Shown here piece by piece: positions 31,993 through 43,954 of a stretch of 64,000 bases of DNA. The notes beneath the pieces were generated by a model that did not search any database, was not told the origin of the DNA, and was given only the letters and a program-made list of their open reading frames with translations. The stretch covers positions 19,493-83,492 of the forward strand of contig JAEZIO010000025.1 of assembly GCA_023436615.1 (NCBI GenBank). The letters run 5' to 3'. Position 1 is the first letter of the stretch. Every line of letters starts with the position of its first letter. A program made the position numbers and the translations under genes. Source of the stretch: Pseudomonadota bacterium. GTDB taxonomy: Bacteria; Pseudomonadota; Alphaproteobacteria; Sphingomonadales; Sphingomonadaceae.

Positions 31993-32970
31993 CTACCCCT
32001 CGCGCACGCGCTCGTAAACTTCGAGGCGGTCCACGCCCAGCCGCTGCTCGCCCGCCGACCGCCAGCGGCCATGGGCATCGGCAATCGCATCCAGGCCCAC
32101 ATAGCCGAAGGACGACTTGCCCTCGCCGACGATGATGGGCGCGCGATAGATCAATATCCGGTCGACGAGATCGGCCGACAGGAACGCGGTCGCCGTCGCC
32201 GAACCGCCCTCCACGAGGAGGTCGTTGACGTCATGAAGGCAGTACACATCCTCCGGGGATTTAAGGATTTCCCAGCCGTCAACCGCCTCGCCGCGAGTTA
32301 GAAGGCCCCGCCGCGGGGAGCGTTCCTCGAGGCCTGGGAGGCGGACGTCGAGCCGCGGCTGGTCGGCAAGGTAAGTGCCGCGACCGACGAGAATCATGTC
32401 GGCGCGCGAGCGCTCGAGATGCACGTGCCGGCGTGCATCCTCGCCGGTGATCCACTGCGATTCGCCGGACGGCAACGCGATCTTGCCGTCGATCGACAGC
32501 GCCAGCTTCAACGTGATCCGTGGCCGCCCCAGCTTCAGGCGCGTGAGCCAGCCGGACATGGATTGGGCCGCGGCTTTGCGGCCGAGCCCGAGCTTCACCT
32601 CGATTCCGGCGGTTCGGAGCTGCTGGATTCCTTGGCCCGAAGTCCGCGGGTCGGGATCCTTGAGCGCGACGACCACTCTCGCGGGCCGGGCAGCCACGAG
32701 TAGATCGGAGCATGCAGGGCCCCGCGCGCTCGCGTGAGCGCAGGGCTCCAGCGTCGTGTAGACCGTCGACGCTTTCGCGGCCTTCCCGGCCTGCTCCAGG
32801 GCCACCGCCTCCGCGTGCGGGCGGCCGCCGGCAGCTGTCGCGCCCCTTCCAACCACCGCTCCATCCGCGGAAACGATGATGCAGCCGACATTGGGATTGG
32901 GTGCGGTCGTTCCGCGAGCTGCTTCGCCGAGTGCGACGGCTTCGGCCATGAAGCGGCGATCGTCAGTCAA
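31993..32970 (-). CDS. ribD: riboflavin biosynthesis deaminase/reductase
   Basis: PNPNVGC, HAE, TLEPC..C, SIDGK, SQWIT, VEGG. Confidence 0.96.
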   Translation of the reverse strand: MTDDRRFMAEAVALGEAARGTTAPNPNVGCIIVSADGAVVGRGATAAGGRPHAEAVALEQAGKAAKASTVYTTLEPCAHASARGPACSDLLVAARPARVVVALKDPDPRTSGQGIQQLRTAGIEVKLGLGRKAAAQSMSGWLTRLKLGRPRITLKLALSIDGKIALPSGESQWITGEDARRHVHLERSRADMILVGRGTYLADQPRLDVRLPGLEERSPRRGLLTRGEAVDGWEILKSPEDVYCLHDVNDLLVEGGSATATAFLSADLVDRILIYRAPIIVGEGKSSFGYVGLDAIADAHGRWRSAGEQRLGVDRLEVYERVREG

Positions 32971-33286
32971 TGCCGAGCTGGTTCTCTAGTTTCTGGAACT
33001 GGCGCTGCTTTTCCAGGCGCGCCGCCTTCCGATCCGCCTGGTCCTTTTTCTGCTCGGCGATGATCTCGGCGTCGGTGCGGTTCGCGCTCCAGCTTTCCGC
33101 GTAAACGATCTGGGGTGGCGGCGCCGTGCCCATTTTGGAATCGACGAAGAATTCGATGACGATGATCGTGGTCGCAAGCAGCGCCAGCGCCGCCCCGATG
33201 ACCTGCTCCCGGCTGCGCTGGCGCAAGAATGCGGCAAGGTCGCTCAGCGCGGCGCGGGGGCCGACAGGGCGCGGGAACCAGGACAT
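32963..33286 (-). CDS. small membrane-anchored hypothetical protein, first gene of the rib operon
   Basis: One TM helix and a charged C-terminus; stop overlaps the ribD start. Confidence 0.7.
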   Translation of the reverse strand: MSWFPRPVGPRAALSDLAAFLRQRSREQVIGAALALLATTIIVIEFFVDSKMGTAPPPQIVYAESWSANRTDAEIIAEQKKDQADRKAARLEKQRQFQKLENQLGID

Positions 33287-33325
33287 CGGCCCGGAGATAG
33301 GCGCTGCTGCGCGCGCCCGCCAGTG

Positions 33326-33985
33326 TCAGTCGAGTTCGAACCTCAGGGTGATGACCGTCGAGCTCGCGATCGGACGGCCATCCTCGGTAGCGGGCTCGTA
33401 GCGCCAGTGCGCGATCAGGTGGCGACGCGCGGACGCCAGGAAGACCGGATCGGCGTTCCCGACGGGCTCGACCGCCGTTACTCGTCCGCGCTCGTCGATG
33501 CTGAGGCGGAGACGCAGCACCGCTTCCTCTTCTGTGCGCAGCTTGGACTGCGGGTAGGGCGGCTTGAGATCCCATTCGGGCGTCCGGAACCGCGGGCCGA
33601 CGCGAACGGGCGCCGGTTTCGGCGTGACATGGGTTCCGGCATCGGGACTGATGACGCGGCCAGTGTCCGGAAGCGGGATCGGCAGCGGCGCCAGCGTCGT
33701 GTCGACGTCGGGGACATCGGGCTGCGGGATCGGAATCAGCAGCCGGGGCTGGTCGATCCTGCTCGGTTGCGCCTTGTGGGATTCCGGCGGTGGCGGATTC
33801 TCATCCGGAGGCGTCGCTTCCGGGATCAGCGTGACCGTCGTCGGCGGGAATATCGTTCGTGGCAGGTCCATCTTCGCGCTCATGACCGCGGCGAGAACGG
33901 CCGCATGGCCGGCCACGATCAGGACGAGCGCGCGCGGATGGCGCTTTGTGTCGGCGTAAGGAGCATTCTGTGCGTAGACGGTCAT
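33326..33985 (-). CDS. energy transducer TonB
   Basis: N-terminal TM with His, Pro-rich linker, PPYP...LSIDERGRV...WRYEPA...FEL TonB_C domain. Confidence 0.88.
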   Translation of the reverse strand: MTVYAQNAPYADTKRHPRALVLIVAGHAAVLAAVMSAKMDLPRTIFPPTTVTLIPEATPPDENPPPPESHKAQPSRIDQPRLLIPIPQPDVPDVDTTLAPLPIPLPDTGRVISPDAGTHVTPKPAPVRVGPRFRTPEWDLKPPYPQSKLRTEEEAVLRLRLSIDERGRVTAVEPVGNADPVFLASARRHLIAHWRYEPATEDGRPIASSTVITLRFELD

Positions 33986-34015
33986 TGCTCGACTCCTTCA
34001 GCACGCGAGTCCAGG

Positions 34016-34036
34016 CAATGTTACAACATTACATAT
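34016..34036. promoter_or_regulatory. Zur-box-like site upstream of tonB
   Basis: AATGTTACA-A-CATTACAT resembles AATGTTATA-W-TATAACATT. Confidence 0.6.
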
Positions 34037-34071
34037 TCAGGGCAAGCTAATTCGTTGCGCCGCCGCTTCGG

Positions 34072-35391
34072 TTAACGCTTCGCCGCGGCGTCCAGCCGCC
34101 GAACGGTTCGATCCCTGCCGATCCGCTTCAGCAAACCGGCCATTTCCGGCCCGCTCTCCCGGCCGGTGAGGGCCAGGCGAAGCGGGTGGAACAGCTCGCG
34201 CCCCTTCTTTCCGGTCGAGGCCTTGAGCTCGCCGGTGAGGTCTGGCCAGGGTTCGCCCGACCAGTCGATGCGCTCCGCTATGGCCGCCGCCGCGCGAACC
34301 AGCAGCCGCTCGTCGTGCGCGAGCTCGACCGGTTCGACGTCGCCGTTCAGCACTGCCAGCCACTCGTGGAAATCGCCTACCCGCGTGAGATTTGGCCGGA
34401 TCAATGCCCAATCCTGTTCGCTTGCGGCCGCCGGAAGACGCGCGCGGACGCTCTCGAAATCCAGAGCATGGATAATCCTCGCATTGACCAGCTCGACCTC
34501 ATGGAGATCGAAATGGGCTGGAGCGCGCCCGAAATGAGCGAAGTCGAAGCCGCGGGCGAGCTCCTCCAGGCTCTGCGCCGGCTCGACCGGCTGCGAGGTG
34601 CCGATGCGCGCCAGCACCGACAGCAGCGCCATCGGCTCCAGTCCCGCTTCGCGAATCTCGTCCACGCCGATCGCGCCGAGGCGCTTCGACAACTTGCCTT
34701 CCGCGGCCACGAGCAGCGCCTCGTGCGCGAAGTCGGGCGGCGTCGCGCCGAGAGCCTCGAACATCTGGATCTGCGCCGCGCTGTTCGACACATGGTCCTC
34801 GCCGCGCACGACATGCGTGATCTTCAAATCGATGTCGTCGATCACGCTTGGAAGCAAATAGAGCCAACTTCCGTCTTCACGACGAACGACCGGATCGCTC
34901 AGCAGCTTCGGATCGAACTTCTGAGGCCCGCGGATAAGGTCGTTCCACTCGATCGGGCGGTCGTGGTCGAGACGGAAACGCCAGTGAGGTGCAAGTCCTT
35001 CAGGGACAGGCGCATCCGCCGGCTTGCGTTCGTAGACCGGCGGCAGCCCCCGGCCCAGCAGCACCTTGCGGCGGAGCTCGAGCTCATCGGGCGTCTCGTA
35101 GCAGGCATAGACGCGCCCGGCCGCCTTCAGCTTGTCGAATTCGCGCTCATAGAGATCGAACCGTTCGGATTGGCGAACGATACTGTCCGGCTCCAGTCCA
35201 AGCCACGCCAGGTCGTCCCGGATCGCCGCGTCGAACTCGCCCGTGGATCGCTCGCGATCGGTGTCGTCGATGCGCAGGATGAAACGGCCGCCGCTCTTCA
35301 GCGCGAACAGGAAATTGTGGAGCGCCGTGCGGATGTTGCCGACGTGGAGCCGCCCGGTCGGGGACGGCGCGAAGCGGGTGACGACGCTCAT
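34072..35391 (-). CDS. gltX: glutamate--tRNA ligase
   Basis: RFAPSPTG.LHVGN, RIDDTD, THVVRGEDH, KLSKR, PLRLALTG..SGP. Confidence 0.95.
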   Translation of the reverse strand: MSVVTRFAPSPTGRLHVGNIRTALHNFLFALKSGGRFILRIDDTDRERSTGEFDAAIRDDLAWLGLEPDSIVRQSERFDLYEREFDKLKAAGRVYACYETPDELELRRKVLLGRGLPPVYERKPADAPVPEGLAPHWRFRLDHDRPIEWNDLIRGPQKFDPKLLSDPVVRREDGSWLYLLPSVIDDIDLKITHVVRGEDHVSNSAAQIQMFEALGATPPDFAHEALLVAAEGKLSKRLGAIGVDEIREAGLEPMALLSVLARIGTSQPVEPAQSLEELARGFDFAHFGRAPAHFDLHEVELVNARIIHALDFESVRARLPAAASEQDWALIRPNLTRVGDFHEWLAVLNGDVEPVELAHDERLLVRAAAAIAERIDWSGEPWPDLTGELKASTGKKGRELFHPLRLALTGRESGPEMAGLLKRIGRDRTVRRLDAAAKR

Positions 35392-37034
35392 GTCCGGCCG
35401 GTGTGGAAGAAATTGCTGATCGGATAGCGCCGGTCGCGGCCGAAGTTGCGGACGCCGATCTTCACCCCCGGCGGCGCCTGGCGGCGCTTGTACTCGGCGC
35501 GCAGAACCATCCGCTCGATCCCGGAGATTAGGTCGAGGTCATGGCCGGTGGCGAGCGCGATCTCCTTTGCCGACATCTCCTTGTCGACCAGCCCCTCGAG
35601 GATCGGGTCGAGCACGGAATAGGGTGGCAGGGAATCCTGGTCCGTCTGTCCGGGCCTCAGCTCGGCGGTCGGCGGCTTGGTGATGATCCGCTCGGGCATC
35701 ACGGGCCCGTCCGGGCCGAGCGCGCCGGCCGGCTTGCTGCCGTTGCGCCATCTGGAGAGCGCGAACACCGTCGTCTTGTAGGCGTCCTTGAGCACCGAAT
35801 AGCCGCCGGCCATGTCGCCGTAGAGCGTCGCATAGCCGACGCTCATCTCGCTCTTGTTGCCGGTGGTGAGCAACATCTGCCCTTCGGCGTTGGACAGCGC
35901 CATCAAGGTGACCATCCGCAGCCGCGCCTGGATATTCTCGGCGGCGACGCCTTCGAGATCCGGCATCATTTCGCCAAATGCCCGAACCGCGGGGATAATC
36001 GGGATGACGTCATGGCGGCAGCCGAGCAGCCGCGCATTCTCGCGCGCGTCCTCGAGGCTTTCCTCGCTGGTATATTTCGAGGGCATCATCACCCCCCACA
36101 CCTTGTCGGCTCCGAGGGCGTCGACCGCGATGGCGGCGGACAAAGCGCTGTCGATCCCGCCCGAAAGGCCGAGGATGACACCGGGAAAGCCGTTCCGGCC
36201 GACATAATCGGCGAGGCCCAGCGTCATCGCGTGATAGATGTCCTCGGGATAGCCATCGAGCTGGTGGCGCTCGCGCGTGTCGCAGCGCCAGCCCGAGCCG
36301 TCGCGCTTCCATTCGGTGACGAGCAGCGCCTCTTCCCAGTCGGGCATCTGCGCGACCACTTCGCCGTCGGGGTGGACGACGAACGAGGAGCCGTCGAACA
36401 CCAGCTCGTCCTGGCCACCGACGCGGTTGAGGTAGACCAGCGGCAGGCCCGTCATGAGCGCGCGCGACCGCACCATCTTCTGCCGGATCTGGTCCTTGTC
36501 GAGCTCGTAGGGGCTTCCGTTCGGAACCAGCAGCAGCTCCGCGCCGTGCTTCGCGAGGTTCGCGCACACCGGTTCCCACCAGATGTCCTCGCAGATCGGA
36601 ACGCCGATCTTGACGCCTTTATAGTCGAGCGGCTCGGGGAGCGGCCCCGGCGTGAAGATCCGTTTCTCGTCGAACGTCCCGTAGTTCGGGAGCTCGCGCT
36701 TCAGCGTCCGGCCCAGAACCTTGCCGCCGTTCGCGAGCACGACCGCATTGTAGGTCGCGCCGCCTTCGGCGATCACCGTGCCGATCAGCATTGCCGGCCC
36801 AGGTTCCGCGGTCGCATCGACTAGCCGCTCGGTCGCCTCCATCGTCCGGCGAACGAACTCGGGCTTCAGCACCAGGTCCTCGGGGGGATAACCGATCAGC
36901 TGCAGCTCGGGGTACAGGACCAGGTCCGCGCCGGCCGCCTTGCGGCGCATGTCGAGCATCGCCTGTGCGTTCGCTTCGAGGTCGCCGACACGCTGGTTCA
37001 TCTGCGCGAGCGCGATGGTGAGCCGGTCGATCAT
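35388..37034 (-). CDS. nadE: glutamine-dependent NAD+ synthetase
   Basis: Nitrilase domain (PEL, LPNY, ICEDIW) plus SGGIDS, ENIQAR, TGNKSE, EYKRRQ. Confidence 0.96.
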   Translation of the reverse strand: MIDRLTIALAQMNQRVGDLEANAQAMLDMRRKAAGADLVLYPELQLIGYPPEDLVLKPEFVRRTMEATERLVDATAEPGPAMLIGTVIAEGGATYNAVVLANGGKVLGRTLKRELPNYGTFDEKRIFTPGPLPEPLDYKGVKIGVPICEDIWWEPVCANLAKHGAELLLVPNGSPYELDKDQIRQKMVRSRALMTGLPLVYLNRVGGQDELVFDGSSFVVHPDGEVVAQMPDWEEALLVTEWKRDGSGWRCDTRERHQLDGYPEDIYHAMTLGLADYVGRNGFPGVILGLSGGIDSALSAAIAVDALGADKVWGVMMPSKYTSEESLEDARENARLLGCRHDVIPIIPAVRAFGEMMPDLEGVAAENIQARLRMVTLMALSNAEGQMLLTTGNKSEMSVGYATLYGDMAGGYSVLKDAYKTTVFALSRWRNGSKPAGALGPDGPVMPERIITKPPTAELRPGQTDQDSLPPYSVLDPILEGLVDKEMSAKEIALATGHDLDLISGIERMVLRAEYKRRQAPPGVKIGVRNFGRDRRYPISNFFHTGRT

Positions 37035-37136
37035 GGCCGCGCTTTAACGTACGAACGGGGATCGGCAACCAAGGCTTTGCTTCGCCGGAGAGCGCCGGTA
37101 AGGCACGAGCACCGCCGCTGGGGGAGCCGAACGCCG

Positions 37137-38072
<936 letters not shown>

Positions 38073-38648
38073 ATGTGCAACCTCTACCGGATCGAGAAGA
38101 ACCCCGACGCGATCCGCCGGCTGTTCGAAGGCGTGCAGATTCCGCTGACCTTTCCGGAGGGCATTCCGAACATCCAGCCGGTTGACGTCCGCATTACCGA
38201 CCGGGCGCCGGTCGTGCGATGGAACGCCGACCATGCCGAGCTTCTGATCCGCCGCTGGTCGTGGCCGAGCCCGAACGGCAAGCCCGTCTTCAACATGCGC
38301 TCCGACGGGCGCGAATTCCCCAAGGACCGCTGCCTGGTGCCGCTTGACGGTTTCTATGAATATACCGCGCCCGACGACCCCAAGCAGAAGCGCAAGAATT
38401 GCTGGCTGTTCCGGCCGCGCGGCGGGCAGGAATTCGCGATCGCCGGGCTGCTGCGCCCTCATGCCGAGGTCGGCGAGGCGTTTACCTTGCTGACCGCGCC
38501 GCCGGGACCCGACGTCGAGCTGCTGCACAACCGCCAGATCGTCCTGCTGCCGCCCGAGAAGTGGCGCGCCTGGCTCGACGGAAGCGCGAAGTCCCTCGAC
38601 GTGCTGAACCCGACTCCCGCCGGAAGCCTCGACGTGGCCGCCGCCTGA
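38073..38648 (+). CDS. SOS response-associated peptidase (SRAP/YedK/HMCES family)
   Basis: MC N-terminus, FNMRS, RCLVPLDGFYE, AIAGL, HNRQ. Confidence 0.88.
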   Translation: MCNLYRIEKNPDAIRRLFEGVQIPLTFPEGIPNIQPVDVRITDRAPVVRWNADHAELLIRRWSWPSPNGKPVFNMRSDGREFPKDRCLVPLDGFYEYTAPDDPKQKRKNCWLFRPRGGQEFAIAGLLRPHAEVGEAFTLLTAPPGPDVELLHNRQIVLLPPEKWRAWLDGSAKSLDVLNPTPAGSLDVAAA

Positions 38649-38777
38649 CTTGCCCGAATCGGCAGCGCCCTCTATAGGCGCGCCCTCTTCCAGACCTCTG
38701 GAACAACAGAACGGCCCGGCCAAAGGGCTGCCGTGGCAGTTCGCAAGCTCGATCCCTTCGGGGACAAAGGAGAGAAA

Positions 38778-38981
38778 ATGCCCAAGCTCAAGACGAAGAG
38801 CGGCGTCAAGAAGCGCTTCAAGCTCACCGCCACCGGCAAGGTGAAGCATGGGGTCGCCGGAAAGCGCCACCGGCTGATCAGCCACAACGCCAAGTATATC
38901 CGCCAGAACCGCGGCACAGAGATCCTCGCCGACGCCGATACGGCGCGCGTGAAGCTCTGGGCTCCGTACGGCCTCAAGTAA
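38778..38981 (+). CDS. rpmI: 50S ribosomal protein L35
   Basis: [30 protein letters not shown]. Confidence 0.98.
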   Translation: MPKLKTKSGVKKRFKLTATGKVKHGVAGKRHRLISHNAKYIRQNRGTEILADADTARVKLWAPYGLK

Positions 38982-38994
38982 GGAGCGCTAGCCA

Positions 38995-39372
38995 ATGCCA
39001 CGCATCAAACGCGGCGTGACCACGCGCGCCAAGCACAAGCGGATTCTGGAGCAGGCGAAGGGCTATTACGGCCGCCGCAAGAACACGATCCGTGTCGCCC
39101 GCCAGGCCGTCGAGAAGGCCGGCCAGTACGCCTATCGCGACCGCAAGGTGAAGAAGCGGAGCTTCCGCGCTTTGTGGATCCAGCGCATCAACGCCGCGGT
39201 CCGCGCCGAGGGCATGACCTACGGCCAGTTCATCCACGCGCTTCGGCTCGCGAACATCGATCTCGACCGGAAGGTCCTGGCCGACATCGCGATGCACGAG
39301 GGCGAGGCCTTCAAGGGCATCATCGCGCAGGCGAAGGGCGCGATCGAGAAGAAGGAAAAGGCTTCGGCCTAA
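38995..39372 (+). CDS. rplT: 50S ribosomal protein L20
   Basis: [28 protein letters not shown]. Confidence 0.98.
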   Translation: MPRIKRGVTTRAKHKRILEQAKGYYGRRKNTIRVARQAVEKAGQYAYRDRKVKKRSFRALWIQRINAAVRAEGMTYGQFIHALRLANIDLDRKVLADIAMHEGEAFKGIIAQAKGAIEKKEKASA

Positions 39373-39394
39373 CCTTTTCGTCAGTCGAACCACG

Positions 39395-39426
39395 AGGGCG
39401 CCGGAAGCGATTCCGGCGCCCTTTTC
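39395..39426 (+). terminator. intrinsic terminator of rpmI-rplT
   Basis: AGGGCGCCGGAA-gcga-TTCCGGCGCCCT followed by TTT. Confidence 0.9.
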
Positions 39427-39443
39427 ATTAGCGCGCCGAGAAC

Positions 39444-39469
39444 GGAACGGCTCCGTTACGCCTCGCGTT
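39444..39469 (+). promoter_or_regulatory. EcfG/sigmaT promoter
   Basis: GGAAC-N17-CGTT about 30 nt upstream of the ATG at 39501. Confidence 0.75.
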
Positions 39470-39500
39470 GGTCGGGCGGGATCAGCGTGAAGGTAAGCTC

Positions 39501-40364
39501 ATGGCCGCAACAGGAAAATCGCTGGTTGGCGCGATCGACTTTGCCGCCGAGCCGAACCGGCAATATGCCAGGGGTCTCGGCCGGCTGCTCGCAGGCGCGA
39601 TCATCTTCAGCCTGCCGATCCTGATGACGATGGAGATGTGGTGGCTCGGCTTCTACCTGTCGCCGGTGCACATCGTTCAATTCGCCCTCGTCAATTTCAT
39701 CATCATCATCGGGCTGTCGCGGGTGTCGGGCTTCGAGAAAACCCACACCATCGGCGACGACATCCTCGACGCGCTCGCGGCTTATGCGGTCGCGGTCTTC
39801 TGGTCCGCCGCAATACTCGCCCTGCTCGGAATCATTAAGGTCGGCATGCCCGCCAGCGAGATCATCGGGAAGATCACGATCGAGGCGATTCCGGCGAGCT
39901 TCGGAGCGATGGTCGCCGGCAAGCAGCTCGGCAGCAAGAATACGCAGGACACGCAGGCGAAGGCGCAGCGCGGCACTTACTGGGGCCAGTTATTCCTGAT
40001 GGTCGCCGGGGCGCTCTTCCTCAGCTTGAGCGTCGCCCCGACCGAGGAAATGGTCCTGATTTCCTTCCTGATGAACAGCTGGCATGTCGTCGCGCTGGTG
40101 TTCGTTTCGATTATCTTGCTCCACGCGCTGGTGTACACCGTCGGCCTGAAGGGCGAGGAAAAGCCCCCCGGGCCGACCACCTTCTGGAGCGTGCTGCTTC
40201 GGTTCAGCATCGCGGGCTACGGAATCGCGCTGCTGAGCAGCCTTTACGTGCTGTGGACCTTCGGCAGGATCAACGACACGGGCGTTTCCCAAGTCATCAA
40301 CATGGTCGTCGTGCTGGCCTTCCCCGGCGCCGTCGGAGCGGCGCTGGCACGGCTGGTGGTCTGA
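39501..40364 (+). CDS. TIGR02587-type integral membrane protein
   Basis: LMTMEMWWLG, APTEEM, FPGAVGAA motifs; multiple TM segments. Confidence 0.85.
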   Translation: MAATGKSLVGAIDFAAEPNRQYARGLGRLLAGAIIFSLPILMTMEMWWLGFYLSPVHIVQFALVNFIIIIGLSRVSGFEKTHTIGDDILDALAAYAVAVFWSAAILALLGIIKVGMPASEIIGKITIEAIPASFGAMVAGKQLGSKNTQDTQAKAQRGTYWGQLFLMVAGALFLSLSVAPTEEMVLISFLMNSWHVVALVFVSIILLHALVYTVGLKGEEKPPGPTTFWSVLLRFSIAGYGIALLSSLYVLWTFGRINDTGVSQVINMVVVLAFPGAVGAALARLVV

Positions 40365-40371
40365 GGAAAAG

Positions 40372-40776
40372 ATGGCGGCAAAAAAGCAGAAGAAGAAGCA
40401 AAAGCGGATTCCGGCGCTCGAGTGGCTCGCCGCCGCAACCGGGCTCGTCCTGCTGGTCGGCATCCTTGGCTATCTCTTGATAGACGGAGTGCGGACGAAT
40501 GCCGCGATGCCGCCGGTCCTGTCGATTGCCCCGGTCAGGCTGGTTGGAGATGGTCGTTCCTACGTGCTCGAAGTGGACGTCGCTAACCGCTCGCGCCAGA
40601 CCGCGTCGGCGGTTCAGATCGAAGGCACGCTGACCAAAGCCGCCAGCCCCGAGAAAAGCAGCGCGACGCTTTCCTACGTGCCCGGACAATCGATCCGGCG
40701 GGCGGGGCTGGTGTTCGACACCGATCCGCGCGGACAGGGGCTGCAGTTGCGGGTGACCGGATACGAAAAGCCGTAA
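40372..40776 (+). CDS. TIGR02588-type protein
   Basis: LEW TM anchor, TASAVQIEG, GLVFDTDP..GYEKP; follows the TIGR02587 gene. Confidence 0.8.
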   Translation: MAAKKQKKKQKRIPALEWLAAATGLVLLVGILGYLLIDGVRTNAAMPPVLSIAPVRLVGDGRSYVLEVDVANRSRQTASAVQIEGTLTKAASPEKSSATLSYVPGQSIRRAGLVFDTDPRGQGLQLRVTGYEKP

Positions 40777-40782
40777 GTCGGC

Positions 40783-42351
40783 TTAGTCCAGCCGTTCGTA
40801 CGCCGGTAGCGTCAGGAATTCGACGAACTCGTCATCGACGATCATGTCGCGGAAGAGCTCGGCGGCTTCGGCTATATTATCCACGTCCTGAAGAAGCCCG
40901 ACCTCCTCGTCGAAGAGCTGGTCGAACAGGTCTCGGGTGAAAGGTCGCCCGTCATCCAGCGCCGCGCCGAAGTGCAGCCACTGCCACAGCTGCGCGCGGC
41001 TGATCTCCGCCGTCGCCGCATCCTCCATCAGATTGTAGAGCGGCACCGCGCCGCGCCCGCCGAGCCAGGCGGCGAGATACTGGACTCCGACGCGGATGTT
41101 CTCGCGAGCGCCCGCCTCGGTGCGCGGGCCCGTATGAAGCTCGAGCATCTCGTCGCGGCCGGGAATCTGCTGGGGCATCTTCTCGAGCTGGTTCGGGCCG
41201 GGCATCGCCTCGAAAGCCGCCCTCGCCACGGACACAAGCGCCGGGTGCGCAACCCAGGTCCCGTCGTGGCCGTTGCGAACTTCACGTAATTTGTCCTGAC
41301 GCACTTTCTCCAGCGCGGCCGCATTGGCCTGCTCGTCGCCTTTGACCGGGATGAAGGCGGCCATGCCGCCCATCGCATGCGCGCCGCGGCGGTGGCAGGT
41401 CGCGATCAGGCGCAGCGAGTAGGCCGCGAGGAAGGCCTTATCCATCGTCATCGCCGAGCGGTCGGGGGTCAGCCGCTCAGGCGAGCGCCCCAGCCGCTTG
41501 ATCGTCGAAAAGATATAATCCCAGCGGCCGCAATTGAGGCCGACGATATTCTCCTTCAGCGCGTAGAGGATCTCATCCATCTCGAACGCGGCGGGGATCG
41601 TCTCGATCAGCACCGTGCACTTGATTGTCCCGCGCTCGAGGCGGAGCTTCGCTTCGGTGAGGCAGAAGATGTCGCTCCACAGCGCGGCTTCCTCCATGCT
41701 CTCGAGCTTGGGGATGTAGAAATAGGGGCCGGAGCCGGCCGAGAGGGCACGGCGCGCATTGTGCCACGCGTAAAGCGCGAAATCGAAGAAGGCGCCCGCG
41801 ACCGGCTGGCCGTCGACCGTGACATGGTCCTCCGGCAGATGAAGCCCGCGCGGGCGGACCATCAGCACCGCGGGATGCTCGTGAACCGAATAGTCCTTGC
41901 CGCTGTCGGGATCGGTGAAGTGAAGCCGCCGGAGCCAGTGATCGCGAAGATTGACCTGGCCCTGGACGAGCTCGTCCCACATCGGCGAGGTCGCGTCCTC
42001 GAAATCGGCCATGAAGACCTTCGCGCCGCTGTTGAGCGCGTTGATCAGCATTTTGGCGTTGGTCGGGCCCGTGATCTCGACGCGCCGGTCCTGCAGGTCG
42101 GCGGGTGCCGGCGAGACGGTCCAGTCGGACTCGCGGATCTCGCTTGTGTCGTCGCGGAAGTCGGGAAGCTCGCCGGCATCGAAGCGCGCCTGGCGGTCGA
42201 GCCTTGCGTTCAGCAGATCCTGCCGCCGACCGTCGAACCTCTCGTGGAGATCGGCCAGCAGGTCGAGGGCATCGTTGCTGAGGACCTCGCGAGCGCCGGG
42301 CACGCCCGAGGGCTCGGCGATAATTCGGGATCGTTCGAGAACGTCGCTCAT
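40783..42351 (-). CDS. aceB: malate synthase A
   Basis: DRRVEITGP, ADFED, GLNCGRWDY, LMEDAATAEISR, FLTLPAY. Confidence 0.97.
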   Translation of the reverse strand: MSDVLERSRIIAEPSGVPGAREVLSNDALDLLADLHERFDGRRQDLLNARLDRQARFDAGELPDFRDDTSEIRESDWTVSPAPADLQDRRVEITGPTNAKMLINALNSGAKVFMADFEDATSPMWDELVQGQVNLRDHWLRRLHFTDPDSGKDYSVHEHPAVLMVRPRGLHLPEDHVTVDGQPVAGAFFDFALYAWHNARRALSAGSGPYFYIPKLESMEEAALWSDIFCLTEAKLRLERGTIKCTVLIETIPAAFEMDEILYALKENIVGLNCGRWDYIFSTIKRLGRSPERLTPDRSAMTMDKAFLAAYSLRLIATCHRRGAHAMGGMAAFIPVKGDEQANAAALEKVRQDKLREVRNGHDGTWVAHPALVSVARAAFEAMPGPNQLEKMPQQIPGRDEMLELHTGPRTEAGARENIRVGVQYLAAWLGGRGAVPLYNLMEDAATAEISRAQLWQWLHFGAALDDGRPFTRDLFDQLFDEEVGLLQDVDNIAEAAELFRDMIVDDEFVEFLTLPAYERLD

Positions 42352-42545
42352 CTACCAATCGGCTCCACGCAGATCGAGTAGCGCTCGGTCGCCCCGCAAT
42401 GATCGCGGAACGTCAGGCGCTGCCACTCCATGCGCGCTTTCAGCTCGTCGTTGAAGGGGCCGTGCACAGTCTCGGTGCCCGGCTCGATCGCGCTGAAATC
42501 ACAATCGGCATAGTGTCCGCCGACCACCCAATAACGCTGTCCCAT
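42348..42545 (-). CDS. small DUF4170-like protein
   Basis: GAGGAG RBS; YWVVGG...F...GPF...A..EW...RY pattern; ATGA coupling to aceB. Confidence 0.7.
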   Translation of the reverse strand: MGQRYWVVGGHYADCDFSAIEPGTETVHGPFNDELKARMEWQRLTFRDHCGATERYSICVEPIGR

Positions 42546-42556
42546 CTTCGTCTCCT

Positions 42557-43834
<1,278 letters not shown>

Positions 43835-43920
43835 GCTGCGCCTCCCTTTGGACGCCGCATGAAACCTCAGCGGGTTGACAAAAGCTGCACAGAAAAGTGC
43901 CAATGTGTCAGCGCGTGACT

Positions 43921-43953
43921 TGTAAATCGTGTAAATCCCGTCACAACTTTACA
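43921..43953. promoter_or_regulatory. candidate RamB/ScfR binding sites
   Basis: TGTAAATC direct repeat (43921, 43930) and inverted TTTACA (43948) between aceA and the regulator. Confidence 0.6.
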
Positions 43954-43954
43954 G

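Noticed and set aside
33287..33325. FMN riboswitch ahead of the rib operon
   Set aside because: The gap is only 39 nt and no RFN consensus segments are visible.
38690..38777. L20-binding leader RNA upstream of rpmI
   Set aside because: Plausible by position, but I could not support a specific structure by eye. It needs an Infernal search.
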